From the IMG/VR virus record IMGVR_UViG_3300029288_000150, positions 1 to 64,000 of that record: a DNA stretch of 64,000 bases; one strand, written 5' to 3'. Shown here one piece after another: positions 25,712 through 35,071 of the stretch. Position numbers and translations under genes: made by a program. This DNA comes from a virus (lineage: Duplodnaviria > Caudoviricetes). How positions within the stretch are numbered: position 1 is the first letter of the stretch; each line of letters opens with the position of its first letter. The notes beneath the pieces were generated by a model. The model did not search any database. It was given only the letters and a program-made list of their open reading frames with translations, and had not been told where the DNA came from.

Positions 25712-26533
25712 ATGGCGATTAAACGCTCCTCTATTGGCTGGACGGACTTCTCGGGCGGCGACGCCAACTTTATCATTGGCTGCACCCCGGCCAGCGAGGG
25801 CTGCGCCAACTGCTACGCCCGGACCCTGATCGAGAGCCGCCAGGGCCGGCCCTTCTCGGAGGTGCGTCTGTACCCCGAGAAACTGAAGCGCCTGGCAAAG
25901 ACGCGGTTTAGCCCGGGCGGGGACGCCTACCGCCGGGGGCCCGGGAGCCGGCCCATGGTCTTCCTGGTGGACCTGGGGGACTGGTGCCATCCGGCCGTGC
26001 CGGACGAATTCCGAACGTCGGCCTTTGACCTGCTCCTGGCCCGGGATGACGTGGACTGGCAATGGCTGACCAAGCGGCCCGAGGTCATGGCGGGCTTTGT
26101 GTCCGGCTACTGCGAGCGGCGGGGCCTGGCCCAGCTCCCGGCCCACTTCTGGATGATGGTTACGGCTGAGAACCAAAGGCGCTATGACGAGCGGGTGCCG
26201 TGGGTGCTGCGGACGCCGGCCACGGTGCGGGGCCTGAGTATCGAGCCGATGCTCGGGCCGATCGTGCCCAAGGCCGGCCTGGAGGCCGTCGCTCGTGTTG
26301 GGAAGCCGGGCAGCAGGCGGGTTATCTGGGTTACGCGGCCCACGCTGGATTGGGTGATCCTGGGTGCGGAGTCGGGCAACGCTCGCCGCCCGTTCGATCT
26401 CGATTGGGCGCGGCGGGTGCGCGACGAGTGCCGGGCGACCGGCGTCCCGTTCTTCTACAAGCAGGGGAGCCACCGCTTCCCGGGCCGCCTGGACGTGCTG
26501 GACGGGGAGCGGATCAAGGAGTATCCGGGGTAA
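25712..26533 (+). CDS. DUF5131 (Gp37/Gp68) radical-SAM-like phage protein
   Basis: SIGWTD...GCTPASEGCANCYA, LTKRPE, SIEPML, WVILGAESG, FFYKQ. Confidence 0.9.
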   Translation: MAIKRSSIGWTDFSGGDANFIIGCTPASEGCANCYARTLIESRQGRPFSEVRLYPEKLKRLAKTRFSPGGDAYRRGPGSRPMVFLVDLGDWCHPAVPDEFRTSAFDLLLARDDVDWQWLTKRPEVMAGFVSGYCERRGLAQLPAHFWMMVTAENQRRYDERVPWVLRTPATVRGLSIEPMLGPIVPKAGLEAVARVGKPGSRRVIWVTRPTLDWVILGAESGNARRPFDLDWARRVRDECRATGVPFFYKQGSHRFPGRLDVLDGERIKEYPG

Positions 26534-26553
26534 CGGTACAGAATCAGGGCATT

Positions 26554-27183
26554 ATGGGCAACCATAATCAGGAAGATGACGCCACGGAGCAGAGGCCCCG
26601 CCTGACAGGGAAGCAGCGGGCCTTTGTCAATTTTTGGTTTGGGCAGGCCAACTTCAACGGGACTGAGGCGGCTCGCCTGGCTGGCTATGCGGGCAACGAC
26701 AACGCCCTGGCCGTCCGTGCATCCGAGACATTAAGAAACCGTAAGGTTCAAGCCGAGATCGAGCGCCGTTGGGCCGCCCATGGCTTGGCCGCCAATGAGG
26801 TGCTATCTCGCCTCGCTGCCCAAGCCCGCGCCAGTATCGGGGATTTTCTCAAGAGAGCTGACGGGAACAAAGAGGGCGAAGAGAGCGACGGGGGCGGGTG
26901 GTATCTCGATTTGGAAGAGGTGCAAAGAAAAGGGCACCTTGTCAAATCGATCCAATGGACAAAGTTCGGCCCCAAGCTAGATATGTATGATGCACAGGGG
27001 GCCTTGCAACTGATTGGCAAGCACCTAGGATTATTTGCGGAGAGAGTAGAGCACACCGGGAAAGATGGAGGCCCAATTGAGACACGCCGGGTAGTGCCGG
27101 ATTTAGGCGATTTGACCGATGACGAATTGCGAGATCTCGTCCGACTTGTGGACCGACTTGAAGGAAAAGGCGGCGGAGGCTAG
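26554..27183 (+). CDS. terS: Terminase small subunit
   Basis: LTGKQRAFV...NGTEAARLAGY...ASETLRN; YDAQGALQLIGKHLGLF. Confidence 0.9.
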   Translation: MGNHNQEDDATEQRPRLTGKQRAFVNFWFGQANFNGTEAARLAGYAGNDNALAVRASETLRNRKVQAEIERRWAAHGLAANEVLSRLAAQARASIGDFLKRADGNKEGEESDGGGWYLDLEEVQRKGHLVKSIQWTKFGPKLDMYDAQGALQLIGKHLGLFAERVEHTGKDGGPIETRRVVPDLGDLTDDELRDLVRLVDRLEGKGGGG

Positions 27184-29587
27184 ATGCAAGCTGGCCCGGA
27201 AGTACCTGATAGACTTCACTACCTACACCTTCCGCCAGTATCAAGCCGACGCTGCCCATAGACTCCTGGCCCGTACCCTGGAACGAGTGATCGCAGGGGA
27301 CTTGCAAAGGCTTATGATTTTTGCTCCGCCTCAACATGGCAAGCTGATAGCACACGAGACGCCCGTCTTGACGCCGGGCGGCTGGCGCCTGCATGGCGAT
27401 CTGCGCCCCGGTGATCGTGTGTTTGGGGACAAGGGGCAGCCCGTGACCGTCCTGGCGGTCTCTGCTGAGGGAGAGGCAAATCGAGAGATTGAGTTCACGG
27501 ACGGCGCAAGCATCCAGTGTCACGCTGCCCACGAGTGGGTAGTATTTGACCGGGCAGGGCACCGACCCTCAGAAGTGACCATGGAGACGGATACCATGGC
27601 CTCGCTGGGAGTATGGATAGGGGAGCAAGGCAAGCGGGGCGGGCGTGGGCGCTTCCAGGTGGACGCCAATGTCTGTGTTCACTTCGAGGAGGCCGACCTG
27701 CCCCTGCACCCGTACATTCTGGGGGCCTGGCTGGGGGACGGCACCGCTACCAAAAACTGCATAACCCATCACCCTGACGATCAACCCATCGTTGACAAAA
27801 TCGAGCGCCTGGGCATGGAGCGGACATCTATTTGCACTCATCCCACAACAGGGATCTTGAGTAGCTATTTTCGCAAGTTGTACGGGGTGCTCATGGCCAT
27901 GGGCTTGATGGGCCATAAGCGCATCCCCGAAACATACCTTTGCAGCTCGATTGACCAGCGTCTGGAGTTGCTGGCCGGGCTGCTGGATACGGACGGGTAT
28001 GTCTACCCAAACAACGGACGGGTCACATTCAGCACGACCGATCCCGAGTTGGTCGAGGGCGTGTCAAGACTCGTGGTAAGCCTTGGCTGGCGCGTGACCG
28101 TGAGTGAGGCAGCCCCGTTTGTGTCTACATCGGGCATAGAGGGCAAGCGGGCGGTATATCAGGTGACATTCAATCCGACCATACCGATCCCTGTGGCCCT
28201 GGAGCGCAAACAGGGCGGGCGGATCAACCCTACACGCAGGCGGCGGGCGATTCGCCAGATTCGAGAGATTGAGCCCGTGCCGGGCCGGTGCATCCAGGTT
28301 GAGGGCGAGATTTATCTCGTGGGTCCAACGCTTATCCCGACTCATAACTCGGAGCTCGTCTCCGTCCGCCTGCCGGCCTTCTGGATGGCCCACCGGCCCG
28401 ACGATCCGATCATCCTGACCAGCTACGCCGCCAGCCTGGCCTACTCGAAAAGCAGGCAGGCCCGCAACCTGGTGGAATCGGACGAATGCCGGGAGTTGTT
28501 CCCGGGCGTCAAGACAAACCCGGGCAGCCGGGCGGTCGACCATTGGGAGTTGGCCCCGCCTCACCGCGGCGGGATGCTGGCCGCGGGCGTGGGCGGCCCC
28601 ATCACCGGGCACGGGGCGGCCCTGGGGATCATCGACGATCCCTTCGAGAACTGGGCACAAGCCTACTCGGAGACCGTCCGGGCCCACGTCTGGGATTGGT
28701 ACAGAACGACCTTTCGGACGCGCATCTGGGAGGGCGGGGCCATTGTCATTATCATGACTCGCTGGCACGAGGACGATCTCTGCGGCCGGCTGCTCCTCGA
28801 CCAGGGCGAGAGTTGGGAGGTCCTGCGCCTGCCGGCCCTGGGGGAGACCCAGGAGGACCGCGACCGGCGAAACCGGCGCCTGGGCATCAAGCCCGGGCAG
28901 CCCGACCCCCTGGGCCGCAAGCCCGGCGAGCCGCTTTGCCCGTCCCGCTACAGCGCGGAGGCCCTGGGGGAGTTGCGGCGGGACGTGGGCTCCCTGGCCT
29001 GGGAGGGGCAATACATGGGCAGCCCGACCCTGCCCGAGGGCAACCGCATCAAGCGGGCCTGGCTGCCCATCGTGGACGCCGCCCCGGCCAAGGCGGCCCG
29101 GGTGCGCTACTGGGACCTGGCGGGCAGCGAGTCGGACGCCGCCAAACGCACCGCCGGGATCCGCATGGCCGGCCCGGTGGATGGGGTCTATTACGTGGAG
29201 CACGCCATCACCGGCAAGTGGACCACGGGCGCCAGGAACAAGGTGATCCGCCAGGTGGCCGAGACCGACGGCAAGGCGGTCAAGATCCGCATCGAGCAGG
29301 AGCCGGGCAGCTCGGGGCTGGACACCGCCCGCGACCTGGTCAAGCTCCTGGCGGGCTTTGCCATCCGGCCCGACCGGGTGACGGGCGACAAGGACGTGCG
29401 GCTGGAGCCCTTCGCCGCTCAGGCCGAGGGCGGCAACGTCAAACTCGTCCGGGGCGACTGGAACGGGGATTACATCGAGGAGTTGTGCGCCGTGCCCACC
29501 GGCCGCTACCGCGACCAGGCCGACGCCACGGCGGGCGCGTTCAACGAGTTGAGCCGCACCGGCTGGGTGCGGGGCGCGTCGGGATAG
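27119..29587 (+). CDS. terL: Terminase large subunit containing an intein
   Basis: P-loop APPQHGK/S, Walker B GIIDDP, MTRWHEDD, nuclease YWDLA and DQADA. Confidence 0.95.
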   Translation: MTNCEISSDLWTDLKEKAAEARCKLARKYLIDFTTYTFRQYQADAAHRLLARTLERVIAGDLQRLMIFAPPQHGKLIAHETPVLTPGGWRLHGDLRPGDRVFGDKGQPVTVLAVSAEGEANREIEFTDGASIQCHAAHEWVVFDRAGHRPSEVTMETDTMASLGVWIGEQGKRGGRGRFQVDANVCVHFEEADLPLHPYILGAWLGDGTATKNCITHHPDDQPIVDKIERLGMERTSICTHPTTGILSSYFRKLYGVLMAMGLMGHKRIPETYLCSSIDQRLELLAGLLDTDGYVYPNNGRVTFSTTDPELVEGVSRLVVSLGWRVTVSEAAPFVSTSGIEGKRAVYQVTFNPTIPIPVALERKQGGRINPTRRRRAIRQIREIEPVPGRCIQVEGEIYLVGPTLIPTHNSELVSVRLPAFWMAHRPDDPIILTSYAASLAYSKSRQARNLVESDECRELFPGVKTNPGSRAVDHWELAPPHRGGMLAAGVGGPITGHGAALGIIDDPFENWAQAYSETVRAHVWDWYRTTFRTRIWEGGAIVIIMTRWHEDDLCGRLLLDQGESWEVLRLPALGETQEDRDRRNRRLGIKPGQPDPLGRKPGEPLCPSRYSAEALGELRRDVGSLAWEGQYMGSPTLPEGNRIKRAWLPIVDAAPAKAARVRYWDLAGSESDAAKRTAGIRMAGPVDGVYYVEHAITGKWTTGARNKVIRQVAETDGKAVKIRIEQEPGSSGLDTARDLVKLLAGFAIRPDRVTGDKDVRLEPFAAQAEGGNVKLVRGDWNGDYIEELCAVPTGRYRDQADATAGAFNELSRTGWVRGASG
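27344..28348 (+). mobile_element. Class 3 intein (335 aa) with LAGLIDADG homing endonuclease
   Basis: HGK/LIAHETPVLTPGGW ... HEW (block B) ... LLAGLLDTDG ... GRCIQV (block F Cys) ... IPTHN/S. Confidence 0.9.
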
Positions 29588-29597
29588 GAGGAGACTG

Positions 29598-31304
29598 ATG
29601 GACCAGGAAACCAGGCAGGCCCTGGAGGCGGCCGAGGGGGCCGTCGAGCGGGCCCAGGAGAAACTATACTCGAAACAACCCCGCTTCGCCGGGGATCCCG
29701 GGCGGTTCTTCGGCGCCGTCTATCGCTGGGTCAAAGCGGCCGAGATCGAGGCCCCGCCCTACAAGGCCGACTCCCGCACCCGGGACGCCTGGCTCCGCCG
29801 TTTCTGGCACCAGGAGCCCCACCTGGCCGGCGTGCTGAATTCGGTTGTCGGCCTGGACAAAAACCGGGGGTGGGCCCTGACGGGCGGCCGGAACCAGGTG
29901 TACCGCTACACCAAAATCCTGCACGCCTACGAACGGGGCAAGGGCTGGCGGTACGGCCTGGGGCAGACGGCCCTGTCGTTCTACGCCGCCGACGCCGGCG
30001 GCATCGTCGAGTTGGGCCGCGAGGGGCGGGGCGGCCCGCTCCGGGCCCTGTACCACGTCGACCCCGCCCGCTGCCGGCTGACGGCCGACGGCCTGGAGTT
30101 TCGCCCGCCCACGGGCAAAACCCAGGAGTGGGCCGACGGCGAGGACTTTTTCCGGTGCGCCCCCCTGCCGTCCACTGACGAGACCATGAACGGCCTGGGC
30201 TTCTGCGCCGTGTCCCGGTGCCTGGAGATCGCCAAGCTCCTCCTGGCCATGATGTGGCACGACCAGGAGCAGATGGGCGCCCGGGCGCCGCGGGGGCTGC
30301 TGCTCCTCAAGGGCATCTCGGAAAAGCAGTGGGACGACGCCATGGCCGCCCGCGACGAGGCTCTGACGAGCATGGAGCGGGTCTACTATGGCGGCGTAGC
30401 CGTGCTGGCCAGTGAGGGCCTGGACCAGATCGAGGCCCAACTCGTGGCCCTGTCGCAGCTGCCGGCCAACTTTGACCAGAAGACCTTTACCGACCTGATG
30501 ATGTTCGCCTATGCCCTGTGCTTCGGCTACGACCCCTCCGAGTTCTGGCCCGTCCAGTTCGGGGCCCTGGGGCGGGGCAACGAGGCCGAGACCCAGAGCC
30601 GCAAGGCGTCCTCAAAGGGCGGGTTGGACTTTACCCTGTCCTTCCAGGAGCAACTGCAATCCGACGCCGTGCTGCCCGAGACCCTGCAATTTGAGTTTGA
30701 CTCCCGGGACCTGGCCGGCGACCTCCAGGAGGCCGAGGTGGCGGCCGCCTGGGCCGGGGTGGCGGCGGCGCTGCCCCTGCCCGACGAGCTCCGCCTGCAG
30801 TTCCTGGTGGACCATGGCGTCATCCCGCCGGAGTGGACCGAGGCGATCGAGGACATCCAGGCCGAGGACACCGAATCCCCCGACGAGGCCCAGGAGTCGC
30901 AGGAGGCTGCCCAGCAGGCCAAGCAGGCGGGCAAGGCCCAGCAGGAGGACGAGGAGGCCCTGGAGAGCGAGCGGGTGCGCCGGGCCATGGCCGAGTTTCC
31001 CGGGGAGGACATCGTCCGGCACCACTGGACGCCGGCCCGCCCCCAGGGCGTGACGCGCTGCCTGTGGCGGCCGGGGACCCGGCGGCGGTGGCAGGTAGCC
31101 CGGGCCGTGGCCCGCCAGGAGGAGCCGGGGGCGGTGCTGTACGCCGACCCCGACGGGGACTTTACCATCACCGAGGCCGACGTCGACCGGGCCATCGCCG
31201 AGGGCCGCAGGCGGCTGGGGGCGGAGTATGGCGAGCTCCTCGAGGGGGAGCCGCTGACGGCCGGGGAACCGGCCGAGACAGAAGGGGAGGCAACGACCGA
31301 ATGA
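29598..31304 (+). CDS. Probable portal protein
   Basis: Position right after terL, size, helical pattern and acidic C-terminal extension; no diagnostic motif recognised. Confidence 0.7.
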   Translation: MDQETRQALEAAEGAVERAQEKLYSKQPRFAGDPGRFFGAVYRWVKAAEIEAPPYKADSRTRDAWLRRFWHQEPHLAGVLNSVVGLDKNRGWALTGGRNQVYRYTKILHAYERGKGWRYGLGQTALSFYAADAGGIVELGREGRGGPLRALYHVDPARCRLTADGLEFRPPTGKTQEWADGEDFFRCAPLPSTDETMNGLGFCAVSRCLEIAKLLLAMMWHDQEQMGARAPRGLLLLKGISEKQWDDAMAARDEALTSMERVYYGGVAVLASEGLDQIEAQLVALSQLPANFDQKTFTDLMMFAYALCFGYDPSEFWPVQFGALGRGNEAETQSRKASSKGGLDFTLSFQEQLQSDAVLPETLQFEFDSRDLAGDLQEAEVAAAWAGVAAALPLPDELRLQFLVDHGVIPPEWTEAIEDIQAEDTESPDEAQESQEAAQQAKQAGKAQQEDEEALESERVRRAMAEFPGEDIVRHHWTPARPQGVTRCLWRPGTRRRWQVARAVARQEEPGAVLYADPDGDFTITEADVDRAIAEGRRRLGAEYGELLEGEPLTAGEPAETEGEATTE

Positions 31305-31672
31305 GCGAGCAGACAGAACGCGAGCAGCCGGCCCAGGAGCCGGGCGGGGATGGAGTCCAGGGGCAGCCCGGCCCCACCCGCGAGCAGATCTTTGCCGTGA
31401 TCGCCGGGGTGCCCCTGCCCGACGGGAGCGGGATGCAATTCCAGCTTCGCCTGGGCCCCGGGGTGGCCGGCCCGCTGGACTTTTGCCTCATGGTCGCCCA
31501 GATGGCCCTGGGGAACGCGGCCAAGATGCGCCAACAGGAGCAGGCGGCCGAGAGCCCGATCCAGGTGCCCCGCATCGCCCTGCCGCCCTCGTTCGATCCG
31601 CGGGGCGGGGCGCCGGGCCCCACCCGCCCCGGCGCTGTCCCTCGTTCCCGGGGCAAGGGGCGGGGCCGATGA
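31301..31672 (+). CDS. Hypothetical protein
   Basis: GGAGG RBS, coupled to portal stop. Confidence 0.55.
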   Translation: MSEQTEREQPAQEPGGDGVQGQPGPTREQIFAVIAGVPLPDGSGMQFQLRLGPGVAGPLDFCLMVAQMALGNAAKMRQQEQAAESPIQVPRIALPPSFDPRGGAPGPTRPGAVPRSRGKGRGR

Positions 31673-32076
31673 GCGAGCAGGAGACCCAGGCCGGCGCGTG
31701 GGCCCTGGACCCACGCGTGGGTCCAGGGTGGGCAGAGGCGGAGCGGCAACGCATCCTGCGGACCGGGGCCGCCATCCGGGCCGAGATCGGGGCCGCCCAC
31801 GGGGAGGCCATCGACGCCATTGGCGCCCGGCACAGGGCCGCCATAGAGGATGCCCTGGCGGCATTGCGGGCACAGCTCGACAGGCTGCGCGTCGAGCACC
31901 ACAAGGACCTGGAGCGGCAAGGCGCGGTCCTGACGCAGGCCCTGGCCGGGGCCCAGCAGGACCTGGCCCGTATCTTCTTTGTAGAGGCCGGGGAGGAGCC
32001 GCCGGACCTGGACGGGTTGCTGGCCGGCCTGGCGCGGGGCCGGGCTGCCTACGAACGGGCAGAGGAGGGGGTCTAG
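31669..32076 (+). CDS. Hypothetical helical protein
   Basis: ATGA overlap with upstream gene. Confidence 0.55.
   Translation: MSEQETQAGAWALDPRVGPGWAEAERQRILRTGAAIRAEIGAAHGEAIDAIGARHRAAIEDALAALRAQLDRLRVEHHKDLERQGAVLTQALAGAQQDLARIFFVEAGEEPPDLDGLLAGLARGRAAYERAEEGV
31703..31728. repeat. 26-bp perfect palindrome CCCTGGACCCACGCGTGGGTCCAGGG, copy 1
   Basis: Identical copy at 48345-48370. Confidence 0.9.
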
Positions 32077-32077
32077 G

Positions 32078-32728
32078 ATGACCGGGGCACGCGCTCCTGA
32101 GACCGGCCGCCGGGTGCTCGTCCTGGCGCCGCACACAGACGACGGGGAGTTGGGGGCCGGGGCGACGGTCGCCCGCCTCGTTGAGGAGGGGGGCCGCGTC
32201 TGTATCCTGGCCTTCTCGACGGGCCACCCCAGCCGGGGGTCGACGCACGAGGAGGCCCTGGCGGCGGCGGCGGCGCTGGGCGTCGCCGAGCCCGGGGGGC
32301 GCGTCCACTTCTGCAACCTGGAGGCCCGCCGCTTTCCCGAGCGGCGCCAGGAGATCCTGGAGGCCATGATCTGGGCAAGGGGGGCCTGGGAGCCCGACCT
32401 GGTATTCTGCCCGTCCAGCTTCGACCGCCACCAGGACCACCAGGCCGTCCACGCCGAGGCGATCCGGGCATTCCCCCGGGTAACGCTCCTGGGCTATGAG
32501 CTGCCCTGGGGCTGCCGGGGCTTCCACGCCACCTGCCTGTGGCCCGTCGAGCGGGGCCACGTCGAGGCGAAACTCCGGGCGCTGGCCTGCTACCAGAGCC
32601 AGGCACGGTATGCCTACGTACAGCCCGCGGCGATCTGGGGGCTGGCAACCGTGCGCGGCCTGGGCCTGGGGCTGGATGGCCAGGGCTACGCGGAAGGGTA
32701 CGAGGTGCTGCAATGGGTGAGCAAGTAA
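32078..32728 (+). CDS. PIG-L/LmbE family de-N-acetylase
   Basis: LAPHTDDGELG and HQDH metal-binding motifs. Confidence 0.92.
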   Translation: MTGARAPETGRRVLVLAPHTDDGELGAGATVARLVEEGGRVCILAFSTGHPSRGSTHEEALAAAAALGVAEPGGRVHFCNLEARRFPERRQEILEAMIWARGAWEPDLVFCPSSFDRHQDHQAVHAEAIRAFPRVTLLGYELPWGCRGFHATCLWPVERGHVEAKLRALACYQSQARYAYVQPAAIWGLATVRGLGLGLDGQGYAEGYEVLQWVSK

Positions 32729-34260
32729 GAGTCGGCCTTATCGGCTGCGGGGCCTGGGGGAAAAACATCCTCCGCAACCTGCTAACCCTGCCCGGGGTGG
32801 ATCTGGCCTGGGTGTGCGATCCCAACCCGGACGGCAACGAGAGGGCGGCCGCCATGCTCCAGGCGGCGGCCGCCGATACCACGGTGTATATGTCCCCGCC
32901 GCCCCTGTGCGGGGTGGACGCCGTGTGCATCGCTACCCCGCCCGCGACCCACTACGACCTGGCCCTGGCGGCGGTGCGGGCCGGGGCCCACGTCTTTGTC
33001 GAGAAGCCGCTGACCCTGCACATGGACGCCGGGGAGCACCTGGCCTGGGAGGCCCAGGCGGCCGGGCGGGTGCTGATGACCGGCCACCTCCTGCGCTACC
33101 ATCCGGCGTTCGTCAAGCTGCTGGCCATGGTCGACGCCGGGGAGTTGGGCCGGCTGGAGTACGTCTACTCCAACCGCCTGAACCTGGGGCGGGTGCGGCC
33201 CCGGGAGTCGGTCCTGTGGTCGTTCGCCCCGCACGACGTGTCGATGATCCTGGCGCTGGCCGGGGACCGGCTGCCCGCCCGCGTCCAGGCCCAGGGCGCC
33301 GCCTACCTGCAGGCCGGGGTGCCGGACGTGACCACGACGCTCATGGACTGGGGGCCCGACGATCTCCGGGCGCACATCTTTGTAAGCTGGCTCAACCCGC
33401 TCAAGGAGCAGCGCCTGGTCGTCGTCGGGGAGCGGGGCATGGTCGAGTTTCGGGACGATGGCCTGGCCCCCCGGCTCATCCACTGGCCCTACCGGGTGGA
33501 ACGGGTTGGCGCCGGCCGGGATGCGCCGCGGCCCGTCGCCGGGCAGCCCGTCGCCCTGGACGTGCCCCACGAAGAGCCCCTGGCGGCGGAGCTGGCCCAC
33601 TTCCTGGCCTGCTGCCGGGGGGAGGCCGAGCCCCTGACGGGGCCTGCGGAGGCGTTGCGGGTTTTGCGGGTTTTGGCCGCCGCCCAGGAGTCCCTGGAGG
33701 TGGGCTGCCCGGTGCGCCTCGGCGGGGAGCCCTGGCCAGCGCGGGGCCCGGCGCCCGACGCGCCCCGCGGCCAGGACGAGGAGGGCCCGGGGGCCGGCTG
33801 GTGGGCCCATCCCCTGGCCGACGTCGAGGCGGGGGCGGAGATCGGGGCCGGGACAAAAATCTGGCGCTGGACGCACGTCCAGGCCGGCGCCCGCATCGGC
33901 CGGGATTGCATGATCGCCCAGGGCTGCTACGTGGCCCCCGGGGCGGTTATCGGCGACGGCTGCCGCATCCAGAATGGGGTAAGCATCTTCCAGGGGGTGA
34001 TCCTGGAGGCGGGGGTCTTTGTCGGCCCCCACGCCGTCTTTACCAACGTCCGCCGGCCGAAAGCGGGCGAGCGCGGCGACTTCGAGGAGACCCGCATCTG
34101 CACAGGGGCGGCCATCGGGGCCAATGCCACGGTACGCTGTGGTGTGACCATCGGTCAGGGGGCCATGGTGGGCGCCGGGGCCGTCGTGACCCGCGACGTG
34201 CCGCCGTGGGCCACCGTCGTGGGCAATCCGGCCCGCATCTGGGACATACAGGAGGAATAG
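32713..34260 (+). CDS. Fusion of Gfo/Idh/MocA 3-dehydrogenase (WbpB/WlbA-like) and hexapeptide N-acetyltransferase (WbpD/WlbB-like)
   Basis: GLIGCGAWG, VFVEKPL, FAPHDVS; then AEIGAGTKIWRWTHV, IQNGVSIF, GPHAVFTN, VVGNPARI. Confidence 0.9.
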   Translation: MGEQVRVGLIGCGAWGKNILRNLLTLPGVDLAWVCDPNPDGNERAAAMLQAAAADTTVYMSPPPLCGVDAVCIATPPATHYDLALAAVRAGAHVFVEKPLTLHMDAGEHLAWEAQAAGRVLMTGHLLRYHPAFVKLLAMVDAGELGRLEYVYSNRLNLGRVRPRESVLWSFAPHDVSMILALAGDRLPARVQAQGAAYLQAGVPDVTTTLMDWGPDDLRAHIFVSWLNPLKEQRLVVVGERGMVEFRDDGLAPRLIHWPYRVERVGAGRDAPRPVAGQPVALDVPHEEPLAAELAHFLACCRGEAEPLTGPAEALRVLRVLAAAQESLEVGCPVRLGGEPWPARGPAPDAPRGQDEEGPGAGWWAHPLADVEAGAEIGAGTKIWRWTHVQAGARIGRDCMIAQGCYVAPGAVIGDGCRIQNGVSIFQGVILEAGVFVGPHAVFTNVRRPKAGERGDFEETRICTGAAIGANATVRCGVTIGQGAMVGAGAVVTRDVPPWATVVGNPARIWDIQEE

Positions 34261-34261
34261 C

Positions 34262-35068
34262 ATGGCCAAGGACAAGGAATACCAACTGACATCTACCGAA
34301 CTCGCCCAGCGGGTGACAACCCCGCTGCGCGGCGCCGCCGGCCTGAGCATCATCGGGCCCGACGGCAAGCCCTGGACGCTGGCGGAGCTATCCGCCTGGT
34401 GGGGGGCCGAGATCGAGGTCGTCGAGCCGGAGCCCCACGCCCAGGCGGCCTACATGGTCCGCGCCCACGAGTTGCGCGTGGCCGACGGCCCGGCGACGCA
34501 GATCGTCCGGGTCATCGACCAACACGGCAACCCCATCGATCGGGCGGCCGTCTGTCGCTGGTGGACCGACGCGCCCCACCTGCCCGCGCTGCCCGCCGGC
34601 TGCTATGCGTCCTACCTCCGGCCCCAGGCCGTGGTGGGCGAGACCAACGCCGGCGGCGACGTGGGCTTCGGCATGGGCAAGGGCGATATGCCCGGCAGCT
34701 CGGGCGTCTGGGTGGCCAACTGCCAGGCGCCGAGCGGGGGCGTGTTCGGCCTGGGGTGGAAGCCGTTCACCAACCACGCCGCCGTGGTCGTCACCTTCCA
34801 GGTCCTGCCCGTCGGCGGCGGGCCGGTCGTGCCCCCGCCCGAGCCGGTCGATACCGATCTGGAGGAGATCCGCCGCCGGGCCGAGACCGCCGTCCAGGTG
34901 CTGACCCTGGCCGAGGGGCTGGGCGGGGAGACGCGGGACGCGATCCAGGTCGCCCGCGCCCGCCTGGATGCCGCGGAGCAGCGGCTGGTCAACGCCCTGA
35001 CCGGCGTCAAGTCGGCCCTGGAACTGGCCCAGGAGATCCAGATCCTGGCCGAGCCGGGGGAGGGGTAG
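34262..35068 (+). CDS. Hypothetical protein, beta-rich domain plus C-terminal coiled coil
   Basis: No enzyme motif; GLGWKPFTNHAAVVVTFQ then PPPEP linker and helix. Confidence 0.7.
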   Translation: MAKDKEYQLTSTELAQRVTTPLRGAAGLSIIGPDGKPWTLAELSAWWGAEIEVVEPEPHAQAAYMVRAHELRVADGPATQIVRVIDQHGNPIDRAAVCRWWTDAPHLPALPAGCYASYLRPQAVVGETNAGGDVGFGMGKGDMPGSSGVWVANCQAPSGGVFGLGWKPFTNHAAVVVTFQVLPVGGGPVVPPPEPVDTDLEEIRRRAETAVQVLTLAEGLGGETRDAIQVARARLDAAEQRLVNALTGVKSALELAQEIQILAEPGEG

Positions 35069-35071
35069 GCC

